Shown: piece by piece, positions 51,736-64,000 of the stretch | Numbering within the stretch: position 1 is the first letter of the stretch | Layout of the letters: each line of letters starts with the position of its first letter | From: Phaeosaccion multiseriatum | Taxonomy: Eukaryota > Protista > Ochrophyta, other classes | Direction of reading: 5' to 3' | Assembly: GCA_965112735.1 (NCBI GenBank) | Contig: OZ218954.1 | Location: 3,844,001 to 3,908,000 of the forward strand | DNA length: 64,000 nt | Made by a program: the position numbers and the translations under genes | Notes under the pieces: model-generated | The model's input: only the letters and a program-made list of their open reading frames with translations | Databases searched by the model: none | What the model was told of the DNA's origin: nothing

Positions 51736-52028
51736 ATGAACGAGGCAGGGGCCGGCGCCCCCCCCCCGGCGGTGGGAGCGAAGGCGAAGGGAGACGCAGC
51801 ATCTGAGGGAGAGGGGGGGATGGCAGTGGATGGAGGAGCCTCAGGAGTGGTAGGCGGAGGGCTGGGCGAAGGAGCCGCTGCAGTGGCAGCAGCGGCAGCC
51901 CCAGTTGGTGATACAGCGACAGGGGGGGGGGCAGGGGCAGGAGCAGGAGATGTAGAAGGAGGGGCTGGCACAGGAGCGCAAGCAGCTGAAGGCACAGAGG
52001 AGCCCCAGCCGCAGCAACCCCAGCAACC

Positions 52029-52064
<36 letters not shown>

Positions 52065-55000
52065 GGAGCAACAGCAGCTGGAGCAACAGCAGCCGGAGCA
52101 GGTAGTGGTACAGCAACCGCTGGTGATGCGGCCGGGGGGCGTGCAGGCTGAGCAGCCCCCTCCTCCTGCAGAGACCGAAACCGCCGCTGCAGGGAACACC
52201 CTCAACCCCTCTGCTAGAGACCCCGAGCAGGGGCAGGGGCAGCCACAGGACCCGCAGCAGTTGGTGACACAGCAAGAGGCTCCGGAGGAGTTGGCGGCAC
52301 AGCAGCAGCAACAGCAGCAGCAACAGCAGCAGCAGGGACAAGGCGGGGAAGGAGGAGACCCGGCACAGTGGACCGCTCGGCAGCGCGTGCATCAGCAGCC
52401 CAGCGCAAGGGAGCAGCAGCAGTTGGTGATGCAGCAGCAATTGCGCGAGCAGCAGCAGCAGCAGCAGCAGATGGTGCTGCAGCAGCAGGAGCAACAGCAG
52501 CAGCAGTTGGTGCTACAGCAGCAGGAGCAGCTCAGGCTGGAGCAGGAGCAGTTGGCCATACAGGAGCAGCGCCAGCGGGAGATGGCCATGGAGCAGCAGC
52601 CCAAGATAGGCTTGAGAGAGAGAAACAGATCGTGAGTCCTGCGTAGTGGGTAGAGAGGACTGAGGAATGCCCAAGAGAGGACTGAGGAATGCCTAAGAGA
52701 GGACTGAGGAAGGCCAAAGGGAGGGCTGAGGAATGCCTAAGAGAGGACTGAGGAATGCCTAAGAGAGGACTGAGGAAGGCCAAAGGGAGGGCTGAGGAAT
52801 GCCCAAGAGAGGACTGAGGAATGCCTAAGAGAGGACTGAGGAATGCCCAAGGGAGGGCTGAGGAAGGCCAAAGGGAGGGCTGAGGAAGACCAAAGACAAG
52901 CAGCAAGTCCAGGGCTGGGGCGGGGCTGAGCGACTGACTGACTGACTGACCGACCGACCGACTGACTGACTGACTGACTGGCTGGCTGGCTCTCGCTGGC
53001 TCTGATCTCTGTGACGTCATGTCCCTTGGCCCTGTCTCAAGCATTTGCGGCCGACACTCTTGACACACTCTAAACACACTCGCTCACACCCTCTCTGTCC
53101 CCCTCTCCTCTCTGCCCCCGTCTCTGCCCCCCCTCCTCTCCTTTCCTCTTTGTTCCTCTCTGCCCCCCCCCCTCAGCGCCCCTCTGCGCGAGCTTAAAGT
53201 GGAGGACGCGCTTCTCTACCTCGATCAAGTCAAGATGGAGTTTCAGGTAATGGGTGGGTACATAAGGGTACATGAGGGTACATAAAGGGTGTATGGAATA
53301 CATAAGGGTATATGGGTACGGGAAGGGGTGAGCTGGGCTGACAGGGGCTGACAGGGGCTGACAGGGGCTGACGAGGGCTGTGGGGGGCTGTGAGGCAAGG
53401 CTGAGTGTGCTTGGGGGTGCTGTCTTGGTGTCTTTGGGTGTCTTGGACGTACCCCACTCTTGCCCACTTCTTGCGTCCGTCATGCCCACACCGGATGGGT
53501 GGGTGGACCCATCCATGCACGGGAAGCCCACCCCAATGTCGATGGGATCGATGTTTGTTCGAGGTCAATGAAGTGAAAGCGTATCGTCCCATCCTCACAA
53601 CCCAATCCCTGTGTTTGTGTATCCCCCCCTCTCTCTCTCTCTCGCTCTCTCTTCCTCTCTTGCTTCCCACCCGCTCTCTGTCGCTCCCTCCCTCTCCCCT
53701 CGCCTCTCTCTCCACCTCTCTCTCCCTCTCCCCCGCCACTCTTCGTCTCTCTCGTCTCTCCTTTCCCCTCACAGGACAAGCCGTTCGTGTACAACGAATT
53801 CCTTGACATAATGAAAAACTTCAAGTCGCAAGAGATCGACACCCCCGGGGTGATCACCGCCGTTAACAACTTGTTCCGTGGTTACAACAACCTCATTCTG
53901 GGCTTCAACACCTTCCTGCCGGACGGTTACAAAATCGCCATGAGTGACATTCAGCGCATGGAGGAGGAGAGACAGGTCAAGGAGCGGAGCCTCGCTGCTG
54001 CTGCTGCCTCGGGCCAGGGAGGAGGGGCAGGAGGAGGAGGGGAGGGAGATGGTGGGGGCGGGCATATGGGTGGTGAGGGAGGCAAGCAGGCGGCGGGGGG
54101 CGGGCGGCCCGGGGGTGGAGGTGCTGCACCGGGACCCGGGGGGGAGGGCATTACGTCTGCCACTCTCCACGCCGCTCACGCCGTTATGTATGAGCAACAG
54201 GGGGGCGGGCAGGGGGGAGCAGGGAATGGGGGGCGAGGGGGGGCGGGGGGGGGATTTGCGGGGCCCGGGGGAGGAGGAGGAGGTGCCCAGGGGGGTGCGC
54301 AGCAGATGATGAACCCGGGGGGGGAGGGCTACGCGAACATGATGGGAGGGGGGCGGGCGGGGCAGCAGCAGGGTGGCGGACAGATGGCACCCGGTGGCAA
54401 GAAGGAGGTGAGTGGTTGGAGGGGGAGGACGGAGGCGGGCAGGGCAGGGTAGGGAGGGCAAGTGTAGAGGCGTATGGGTAGAGCAGGGTGGGGAAGGAAG
54501 GGAGGGGGGGAAGGCATCTCCCTCCCTTCCTTCCTCCCTCCGTCGCTCTCCTTCCCCTTCCCGTGCACCCTTTTCAACACGGGAAGGATCTTAACGAATA
54601 ACGAACGAGCACACGGACGGCATGGGTATATGGGTATGGGTTTGTGCATGCACACTTCGAGACAGACACTCCCCATCCACTGCCATCCCCCACCCGTTCC
54701 TCTCCCCTGACCAACTCGAGGCCCACCCTCTCTCCCCTCTTGCTTTGTCTTTTAACACTCACAGGGCATGCTCATGCACCCGCACGCCATGCATCCGGAG
54801 GGAGGCGCCCCGGGGGGCGCACAGCACTCGGCCTCTCCCCCGGGGGGCATTGTGGGGCAGCAGGGGGCGGGGGACGCGCAGATGATGCACCAAGACCCCA
54901 AGAAAGGCGCTTTCGGGGTGAGTGAGTGCGTGAGGGAGTGAGGGAAGGAGAGGGAGGGAGGGGGGGGGGGTGGGAAGGAAGAGACTGAATGAGTGAGGGA

Positions 55001-56684
55001 GAGTGGGAGGGGGGTGAGGTTTTGGGAGGGAGGAGTGTTGAGAGTCCTTGCTGATTTGGCATCGACTCGACTCCACTAACCTGTCTTCTCTTCCCTCTCC
55101 TCCTCCTCTTCATGCTCGTCCTCTCCGTATCACCAACCCCCCCACCACCCTCCCCGCTCTTGCCTTCGCCCGAGTGCAGCAAGAGACTGCGGATCAGCCT
55201 GTTGAGTTCGATCACGCCATCAGCTACGTCACCACCATCAAGCGCCGCTTCAGGTGAGCGTGAGCATGAGCGGGAGCGTTTCACCCCTGACTTGAGTTGT
55301 TTGGGTGTTCCACTCTGGTGCAAGGTGCAAGGGAAGAATTTAAAAAAACAGCGGCAACAACTCCGTTTGTTCGCGCGCGCGCGTGTGTGTGTGTGCATGT
55401 GTGTGTGTGCCCCTCTGCCCCCCTCCTCCTAACCCCTCCTACCCCCTCCTTCCTGTCATGCGTGTGTGCCACCAACTGCTGTACCACCAACTGCTGTACC
55501 ACCAACTGCTCCACTACTGCCAACTCTCCGCAGTGGCAAGCCGGAGACGTACAAAGCCTTCCTGGAGATCCTGCACACGTACCAGAAGGAGCAGCGCGGC
55601 ATCAGGGAGGTGCTGGAGCAAGTGTCCTCCCTGTTCCAGGACCATCCAGACCTGCTCACTGAGTTCACTTACTTCCTGCCTGACGCAGTGCAGGTGAGGG
55701 GTGTCAGAACAGAGGGAGAGAGAGCGTGTCACGATAGAGAAAGAGGGAGGTTGTGAGGGCAGAGAGAGAGGGTGTCAGGACAGACGGAGGGAGGAAGAGA
55801 GAGAGAGAGAGCGTGTCAGAACAGAGGGAGAGAGAGCGTGTCAAGACGGAGCATGTCAGAATAGATGGTGTCAGGACAGCGTGTGTTGATCTTGCTCTGT
55901 GTGCCTCATGGGGAATCGGTTGAAGAGGGAAGAGAAGGTGTGGCGCATGTGGCGTCGTTTGGTCCTCTTTCATCTATCGTCCTGACCCTCGACTCTCTGT
56001 CTCGACCACATCGACCGCGAACATCGACCTCGACTTTCCCCCCTCGACTTTCGCTGACTTAGGAGCAAGCCAAGGAGCGGCTGGACCGCGCCGCTGCTGA
56101 GGCGGAGCAGCGCAAGGCCAACAGAGAGGCAATGATGCACGCCAACGCCATGGGGGGGGGTGGCGGGCAGGGGGGCATGCACATGCGGCAGGTACGAACA
56201 TTAGTGAGGAGTGGGGAGTGAGGAGTGAAGGCTCTGGTGCAGGCAGGCTTGTGTGTTGTGTGTGTGTGTGGTGCAAATCGCTCTCCGGAAGGGGTGGTGC
56301 AGTGGAAGATTCAGGGCACTCACTCACTCACTCACACACACACACTGCCTTGCTGGCCTGCTTGCTTGTCGGCTTGCTTGCCTGTTGCCTGCCTGCTGCG
56401 TGCTTGCTGCTTGTGGCGTGTTTTGCTGCCATCCTTTCTCGCCATGTGCTGCCATCCTTTCTCGCCATGTGCTGCCATCCTGTCTCGTCATGTGCTGCCA
56501 TCCTTTCTCGCCATGTGACGTGTGACGTGTGCCATGTGGCAGGGCATGGGCGGTTACCACCCCCACATGGGAGGGATGGACCCTGCACACGAGGCAGACA
56601 CTCACCGCAGGGGCCAGGGGCAGCAGTGGAGGGGGCAAGGCACCGGGGGGGCGGGGGGGAAGTCCAAGAAACAGCGCAAGAAGG

Positions 56685-56715
<31 letters not shown>

Positions 56716-59700
56716 GGTCGGTTGTGCTGGGTATAGCGGATGTTCAAGTTCAAACTGAAGTTCAAATTGAACTTCAAACTGAAGCTGAAGCTGGAGCTGA
56801 AGCTTGTCAGGGTGGGGACGATGGTGATTTGAGGTGTGGGGTGTACGTTTGCTTCTCTTCTCTTTGCCCCCCCGTGCCTTTGGCTGGCCTGCGGGAGGGG
56901 AGCGACTGCTGGTGTTGGTGGTGTTGATGTGTGTCATTGGGCACAAATGTGTGCGTTGGAAGGATGAATGATGATGATGCAGCTCTTCACTCCTCCTCAC
57001 TTCACGTCACTCGGACGTCACACATCAACCCATATACGTGATATCTTATCCTCCCTCCTTTCTTCCTTTCTTCCCTCTCTCCCTCATCCCCTCCTTCATC
57101 CCTCTCCTTCCTCCCTTCCTTCATTCCCCTCCTTCCTCCCTTCCTTCCCTCCTCTCTCCCTCCCTCCCCTCCCCTCCCCTCCTTTAGATGGCCGCCAATT
57201 CCAAGTACTACTCCGGGGGGGCTATGGGGTATCACATGCATGGCATGCACGGAGGCATGCCCCCGGGGGGAGGACCCATGGGCCCCGGGGGGCCAGGAGG
57301 AGAGGGCTGGGGCTTCCCCGAGGGGTACTACGCACAGGGCCCAGGGGGGCAGGGTATGGGGGGCATGGGGGCCGGGGGGGGAGGAAAGGGTCCCGGAGGG
57401 GGGCGCAAGAAGACCAAGGCTGACAAGGCCGCTGCAGCTGCGGGGGGAGGAGGGGGGATGGGCATGGGGGGGCTTCATGGCATGGGGGGCGGAGGGAGAG
57501 GTGGGGGGGGGCAGCAGGGAGGGGGGAATCGCCATATGGGCGGCGGGGGAGGGGGGGGAAGGATGGCAATGTCCGACTCTCCTCCTCAGCATCACGGCGG
57601 GGGCGGAGGGGCAGGCTACGGCGGGGTTGGCGGGGGTGGAGGGGGCGGGGGGGCGGCCTACAGCATCGGCATTGAGCGTCGCTTCTTCGAAATGGTGCGC
57701 GATACGCTTGCCAATAGAGACTCGTGGGGGGAGTTTGTCAAGTGTTTGGAGCTGTACAGTCAAGAGGTCATCGGACGGCAGGAGATGCTCAGCCTCGTGG
57801 GGGACCTCTTCCCCAAGCAGGTAGGGTTTAGTAAGTTTATGAAGGGGGGGGGGGGGTTAGTATATCAATGGGTGGGTGTAGTAAGTCCATGTGTGGTGTA
57901 GTAAGTCAATGGGTGGGTGTAGTAAGTCAATGGGTGGGTTTTGTTTAGTCAGGGGGTGGGGGCTGGTGGGTGTGGCTGGATGGATGTGCGTGGGTGAGTG
58001 GGTTTGGGTGAGTGTGGGTGAGTGTGGGTGAGTGTGGGTGAGTGTGGGTGAGTGTGGGTGGGTGAGTGTTGGTGGGTGAGTGTGGGTGCGTGGGTGGGTG
58101 GGTGAGGTCTGAGGTGGAGGGGGAAATCCTTTACACTCATTCTTTTCTTCTGCTTAACCCCTTGCTCCGCTCCCATCTCCTCCTCCGTGCCCCCCCCCTC
58201 CCTTCCTTCCCCATCCACTGCCACCCCTCCTCCCCAGGGTCCTCTCCTGGACGACTTCCGCAAGCTTCTCTCTGCCCGCAACACGGCTGAGACCCTGCAC
58301 ACAGACATGTGGTACAGCACGCCTCTTAGTGAGATCGACTTCACACAGGTGCGTCCACAGAACATGACATGACCCAACACACCAACCCCAGCGCTTAGCC
58401 TACTACCCCTTCCCCTCCCCTCCCTCATCCACTGCCATCCTCCCCTCCCCCATCCACTGCCATCTTCTCTCTGTATCCAGTGCCTTCGCTGCACGCCCTC
58501 CTACCGCTGCCTGCCGTCGGACTACCCCCGCCCCCCCTGCTGCCAGCGCTCGGCCTCGGAGGACCAACTGCTGAACGATGAGTGGGTGTCGGTGCCCAGG
58601 GGCAGCGAGGACTCCGCTGAGTTCAAGCACATGCGCAGGAATCAGGTACGTACGTGGTGTCAGGAGGGGCAGGACTGTCAGGACGTTACCCCGCCCCCGA
58701 CCCTGACCCCGACCCTGACCCTGACCCCGACCCTGAGTCTGACTCTGACCCTGACTCTGACCCTGACTCTGACCCTGACTCTTAGCCCTCTCGCTGATCC
58801 TGACCTGTCAAGTCCGTTCGTCCGTCCGTCGAGAAAATAATAGAGTGTTGTCGTCCCCCTTGTCCTCCACCTCCACCCCAACCCTCACCCCCTTCTTTAT
58901 GCCGTCTCGCTCTGTGTGTGTCGGTATGCCTCTATCCAGTTCGAGGAGCTGCTGTTCAAGGTGGAGGACCAACGCTTTGAGCTGGACATGATCATTGACA
59001 CGTGCTGCTCCTCCGTAGCGCAGCTGCAGCCCCTCGCGGAGGAGATCGCTGCCCTCGCCGCACAGGTGAGTGAGTGAGTGAGTGAGTGAGTGAGTTGGTT
59101 GTGTTACTTGCACAGAACATGCACTGACTCATCTGCTGCTGACTCACTGCGCTAGCTCAAGTTGTCGTCTTTCTCCAGCGCCTCGTAGTGAGGGTAGCTC
59201 ACCAACCTCCCTTCCTCCCTTGCTTCTCCCCCTCCCTCCCTCCCTTGCTTCTCCCTCTCCCTCTCCCTCTCCCTCTCTCCCTCTCTTCATCGCTCGCGTT
59301 CTCTCTCTGTCTCTCTATCTCTCTCCCTTTCTCTCTCTCTCCCTCCCCCCCCCCCCTCTCTCTCTCCTCAGGAGGCCGAGGCTCTGTCGTCCGGTGCGGT
59401 GTGCAAACCTCCGTGCTTCCAATACCGCCTCGACAAGCGCGCTCTCTCCTCCGTGCACCTTTCCACCATCTCACGAGTCTACGCGGAGCACGGCCCGGAG
59501 GTGAGCTCAGCGCAGTCACACCGCACCATACCTCAGACCCAAGCCGATCCCCAGTCACACCATACCCCCTACCCCAAGCCGATCCCCAGTCACACGATAC
59601 CCCATACCCCAAGCCGATCCCCAGTCACACCATACCCCCTACCCCAAGCCGATCCCCAGTCACACGATACCCCATACCCCAGGCCGATCCCCAGTCACAC

Positions 59701-60757
59701 GATACCCCATACCCCAAGCCGATCCCCAGTCACACCATACCCCCTACCCCAAGCCGATCCCCAGTCACACGATACCCCACACCCCAAGCCGATCCCCAGT
59801 CACACGATACCCCATACCCCAGGCCGATCCCCAGTCACACGATACCCCATACCCCAAGCCGATCCCCAGTCACACCATACCCCATACCCCAAGCCGATTC
59901 CGAGTTGCACCATACCCCATACCCCAAGCCGATCCCCAGTCACACGATACCCCACACCATCACTCTCTCTCCACACCTCACACCCCCCCCTCCACCCTTC
60001 ACGCGCTCCCTCCCCTCTTCCCTCTTCCCTCCCCCCTTTCTTCTCTCGCAGGTTCTGGAGCTGTTGCGTAAGAACCCTGCCGGCGCCATCCCCGTGATTC
60101 TGAAACGCCTCAAGCAGAAGGCGGAAGAGTGGAAGAAGGCAAGTGCTTGGAACAAGGACTTGACCGTGCTGTGCCAGCAAGTGCTATGCTAGCAAGTGCT
60201 TACAAGAAGAGCTAACAAGGGCTAACAAGGGCTAACAAGGGCTAACAAGGGCTAACAAGGGCCAGACCGTTGTGTTGTGTTGTGTTGTGCCCCCCCTCGC
60301 CAAGTGCAAGTTCAAGTGCAAGTTCAAGCGCAAGTGCAACACCCTTATCTTACCACAAAACAACCCCCTCCGCCCGTAACTGTTCCTCCGTTACGACCCC
60401 CACAGGCCCGTCTGGAGCTGTCCAAGGGCTGGAAGGAGGTGGTGGACAAGGGCTGTCTCTTCTCCAAGGCGCTGGACAACCGCAGCTATTACTTCCGAGC
60501 AGAGGACAAGGCCAAGTGCAAGGGAGAGAAGTTGCTTGCCAACGCCAGGGAGGCCGCCGCCGCCGCCCTTCCTCCCTCCGCTTCGAGCCAGGCGTCGGGC
60601 AAGGTGAGCGTCGTTGGGCATGGTTGGGTGTCTTGGCTGGGCCTTTGGTTGGGGTTGGGGGTGCACTTGGATGGCAGCAGACGTCGCCATGTTCGTGTTG
60701 TTGCTGCCCTGTCGGTGCGCGCCTTGATGCTCATGCTCTGTGTGGTGCTCATCTTGC

Positions 60758-60799
<42 letters not shown>

Positions 60800-63656
60800 G
60801 GTTGTTGCTGAGAAGAAGGCTCGCGAGGAGCGACTGAAGCAGGCGGAGCTGAGAACCAAGCAGGAGCAGACGCCTCCCTTCTACATGTGCGAGCACCTCT
60901 CCTTCCCCCTGCAGACGGTTTCAGCCCTGCCGCCCTCGGACAAGGCCGGCAAGAGGCAGATGGGCAGGCCGCTGCTGGCGCTGTGTGCCGACGCGGAAGC
61001 CCTCCTGGCGCACGCTCTAGAAATGAGCCTCCTCGGCACAGCACCGCACTCCACAGGTCAGTCGGGCAGGGAAGGAAGGAAGGAAGGAAGGAGGGAAGGA
61101 AGGAGGGAAGGAGGGGAGGAGGGAAGGAGGGAAGGAGGGCAGGGAAGGAAGGGGGGAAGGAGGGCAGGGAAGGAGGGGGGGAGCGAGGGAGGGAGGGAAG
61201 GAAGTGTATGGTGTCAGGAAGGAAGGATGGAGGGAGGGAGGAGGGAAGGAAGGAGGGAAGGGAAGGAGGGCAGGAGGGAAGGAGGGAAGGAGGGAGGGGG
61301 GGAGGGGGGGAGGGAAGGAGGGAAGGAAGGGGGGAAGGAAGGAAGGAAGGAAGGAAGGAAGGAAGGAAGTGTATGGTGTCAGGGAGAAAGGATGGAGGGA
61401 GGGAGGGAGGAGGGAAGGAAGGAGGGAAAGAAGGAACGAAGGAAGGAAGGAAGGAAGGACGTAGGAAAGAAAGGAAGGACAGCTAGCCAGTCCGTGAGTC
61501 AGTCGGGCAGTCAGTCAGTCAGTCAGTCAGTCAGTCAGTCGCGATTCGCTGGCTCCCGTCTGTGTTGCTGTTTCACGACCCTCACCGCTCCCCTCTCCCT
61601 GCTCCGCCCCTCTGCACTGGCCCTCTGTACAGGCCCTCTCAAGACGGCGACGGTGGCGCTGTCGACCGCAGGAGGGAATGGAACCCGCGTCACGGAGGTG
61701 ATAAAGTTTGTGGCTGAGCTCTTCACGGGCGCTGGCACTGGCAGTGGGGCTGATGCGGAGGAAGGCTCTCCGTTGCCGCAGCTGCCCACCCTCCCTCCGC
61801 CCAGCGGTACGTGGGGAGGACACGCTTTTTAGTTTCAGTTTCAGTTTTTGCTTGGTTTTTTTTTTGCAACCACCGACTAGAGTTCCTCCTTGTAGCGTCG
61901 GTCGGTGCTCTGACATGAGGATGAGATGACGTACTCCTCTGACTTCCCTCCTCTTACTTCCCTCCTCTGACATGATCCATCTCCGTTCCTCGCAGATGAA
62001 GGCGCCGAGAAAGACGCCGCAGTAGCAGCGGCGGGCGGTGATTCAACAGCAGCAGCGGCCGATGGCAACGCTCAGAGCACCACCGAAGAGAAGGGCAAGG
62101 CCCCGGGAGGGAAGGACACCGCAGCAGCTGCAGCAGTTGGTGATACAGCAGCAGCAGCGGCAGCAGCGGCGGGTGCCGACGAGTCTGTATCACCAACTGC
62201 CGCGGATCCCCCCCTGCCCCACGGCCAGCGCTTGTTGCTCTGCTCTGGTGAGCTGTACGTGGTGCAGCGCCTCTTTGGGCTGCTTGTGGAGCGCCTCGGT
62301 CGCGCTGCTTACCTGTGCGACGAACTTGCGATGGACGAGGCGAGGAGGGTCAGCGAGTCCAAGGGAGACGCAGGAGGAGACGCAAGCGCCGCGGCAAAGA
62401 AAGCGGCAAAAGCAGCGGCAGTTGGTGATACAGCGGCCGCGGCCGGTGGCGAGGCGGCGACTGCTACTGCTGGAGGAGCTCTGAACGGACACGCGGAGGC
62501 TGCGGAGAAGGGCGGCAAAGGAGGCGCCCCTGAGGGAGGCAGTGCCGCTGCTGAAGGGAAGGAGGAAGACGCGGCAGGTGCGGCAGTTGGTGCTACCGAC
62601 AAGGCCGAGCTTCCCTACGAGTGCTTCCTGGCGCTGCTGTATGGCTGGATCAGCGGCTCGGTGTCCACAGAGAGGTACGAGGAGGGCTCGCGGCAGCTCA
62701 TGGGTAACCAGGGCTACGTGTGCTTCACCATGGACGCCGTTGTCGCCAACCTGTTGAAGAACGCGCATGTGGCGGCGGAGAGTGAGGTTTCGGGGGCCCT
62801 TGTGCAGCTGTATCGGTACCACGCTGCGCAGAATCGGGACGGAATGCGCCCCAAGCAGTACCTCAAGGAATGCAAGGAGCTTCTCAAGGGCAGGGAGGGG
62901 GAGGGGCTGGAGATGTTCCGAGTGCAAATTTACCCGGGGGGGGATCCCGGGGGGGCAGTCAAGGAGGAGGCGAAGGAGGGGAAAGCGAAGGAAGCGAAGA
63001 TGCTCGTGGAGGTGTTGGGCGATCTGTGGAAGGAGGAGAAGGAGGAGAAGGAGGCAGAGGCAAAGGAGAAGGAGGAGGAGGCCAAGGAGGAGGAGGAGGG
63101 CGAGGAGGAGGGCGAAAAGGCGAAGAAGGTCAAGGAGGAGGAAGAGGGACATGGAGCCGGCGAGGGGGAGGAGGAGGGCGAGGAGCACAAGGCCAACAAG
63201 GCGGCGGAGGAGGAAGAGAGTAGTAGCAAGCAGCGCGACAGTGCGGAGGCGGAGGGGACGGCAGCAGACGGCGATGCTATGGACACCGCTGGGGATGGGC
63301 CAGCGGGCGAGGGTGCTGAGGAGGGGGGCGACGTAGACACCGCAGAGGCGGCAGAGGCCACCTCAGAAGGTGCAGCAGCAGCAGCAGCAGGGGGCGGGGG
63401 AGGGAGCAAGAGTCGGAAGCGGCCCATGAGCGCAAGCGGAGGAGACTCTGACGGGCGGGCAGGGGCAGGCGGGGCAGCAGCAGATGAGGCCGCGGGGGAG
63501 AAGGAGGGAGGCGCCTCGGGCTCGGGGACAGCAGGGACGGGTGCTGAGGAGGAGGCGGGGGGGGCAGCAGCGGGCACGGCAGGGGGTGATGCAGAGGATG
63601 CCGGAGAGGGCGAGGGGGAAGAGGGCGGAGAGCCGGCCAAGAAGAAGAGACGGTGA
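51736..63656 (+). CDS. SIN3: Sin3 transcriptional corepressor (PAH1-3, HDAC-interacting domain, Sin3_C)
   Basis: PAH1 [61 protein letters not shown]; PAH2 [45 protein letters not shown]; PAH3 [23 protein letters not shown]; [45 protein letters not shown]; [14 protein letters not shown]; ALDNRSYYF; YVCFTMD; ends PAKKKRR*. Confidence 0.96.
52652..52893. repeat. 22-bp intronic minisatellite (GAGAGGACTGAGGAATGCCTAA)
   Basis: About 11 units. Confidence 0.9.
59537..59955. repeat. ~35-37-bp intronic minisatellite (CCCCAAGCCGATCCCCAGTCACACGATACCCCATA)
   Basis: About 11-12 units in a Sin3 intron. Confidence 0.92.
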
Positions 63657-63848
63657 TGGGATGTTGCATTGGCATGCATGCATGCATGCATGCCACAGTT
63701 TGCAATACATGCAGCTGTTGGTGATATACCTGCAGCAATACAATACTGCACACCGCGTATAGTTCTATTGGGGGTTGCGGTATCATGGGCAGGCGTGTAG
63801 GCCGGATGGGATGGGATACATGCAGACCGCGTTCCATAGACCCACAGA

Positions 63849-63950
63849 ATGCAGTTCTATAGACCCACAGAATGCAGCGAGCAGCAGAGGCGGTGCGTTC
63901 CACCTCTCAGTAACACAAACAGTGCGATGAGCGCACAGACAGACAGACAG
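63849..63950 (+). mobile_element. Dispersed repeat ending in a (CAGA)n tail, copy 2
   Basis: gagcagcagaggcggtgcgttccacctctcagtaacacaaacag..gagcgcacagacagacagacag is the reverse complement of 18811-18910. Confidence 0.55.
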
Positions 63951-64000
63951 AGGTAGGAAGTACTTGCACACAGTGCACAGGTCTCACGTGGAGCGAAGGG

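Noticed and set aside
59537-59955. ~36-bp repeat array of CRISPR-like unit length
   Set aside because: Units are directly adjacent with no unique spacers, it lies in a eukaryotic intron, and there are no cas genes
62190-63903. Long minus-strand ORFs over the Sin3 last exon (also over the PPR and P5A exons)
   Set aside because: Antisense shadows of GC-rich coding sequence

Overview
Eukaryotic, intron-rich, GC-rich nuclear DNA loaded with micro- and minisatellites. Bipartite signal-peptide + 'AF/SF/GF' presequences suggest a photosynthetic stramenopile (ochrophyte); this is an inference. Manual GT-AG/GC-AG splicing supports 11 protein-coding genes: a 5'-truncated prolyl 4-hydroxylase (+), a TPMT/HOL-type halide/thiol methyltransferase (-), a flavin amine oxidase (+), two tandem paralogues of a CPBP/Abi intramembrane protease fused to an EF-hand pair (+), a vasohibin (-), a P5A ATPase (+), an RraA/HMG-aldolase family protein (-), a PPR-SMR protein (+), an RNI-like LRR protein (+) and Sin3 (+). 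Most ORFs in the supplied track are artefacts of repeats or antisense frames. The most unusual signal is two dispersed 15-bp motifs, CAGTTGGTGATACAG and GATGGCAGTGGATGG. I counted 8 exact copies of each plus many near-copies. They occur in both exons and introns, on both strands, and the first is read in three different frames, so they look maintained at the nucleic-acid level. Other highlights: complementary G-rich/C-rich intron ends, a (CAGA)n-tailed dispersed element, three head-to-head gene pairs with ATG spacing of about 310-330 bp, and several unusual domain architectures. Exon coordinates were read by eye and may be off by a few bases.
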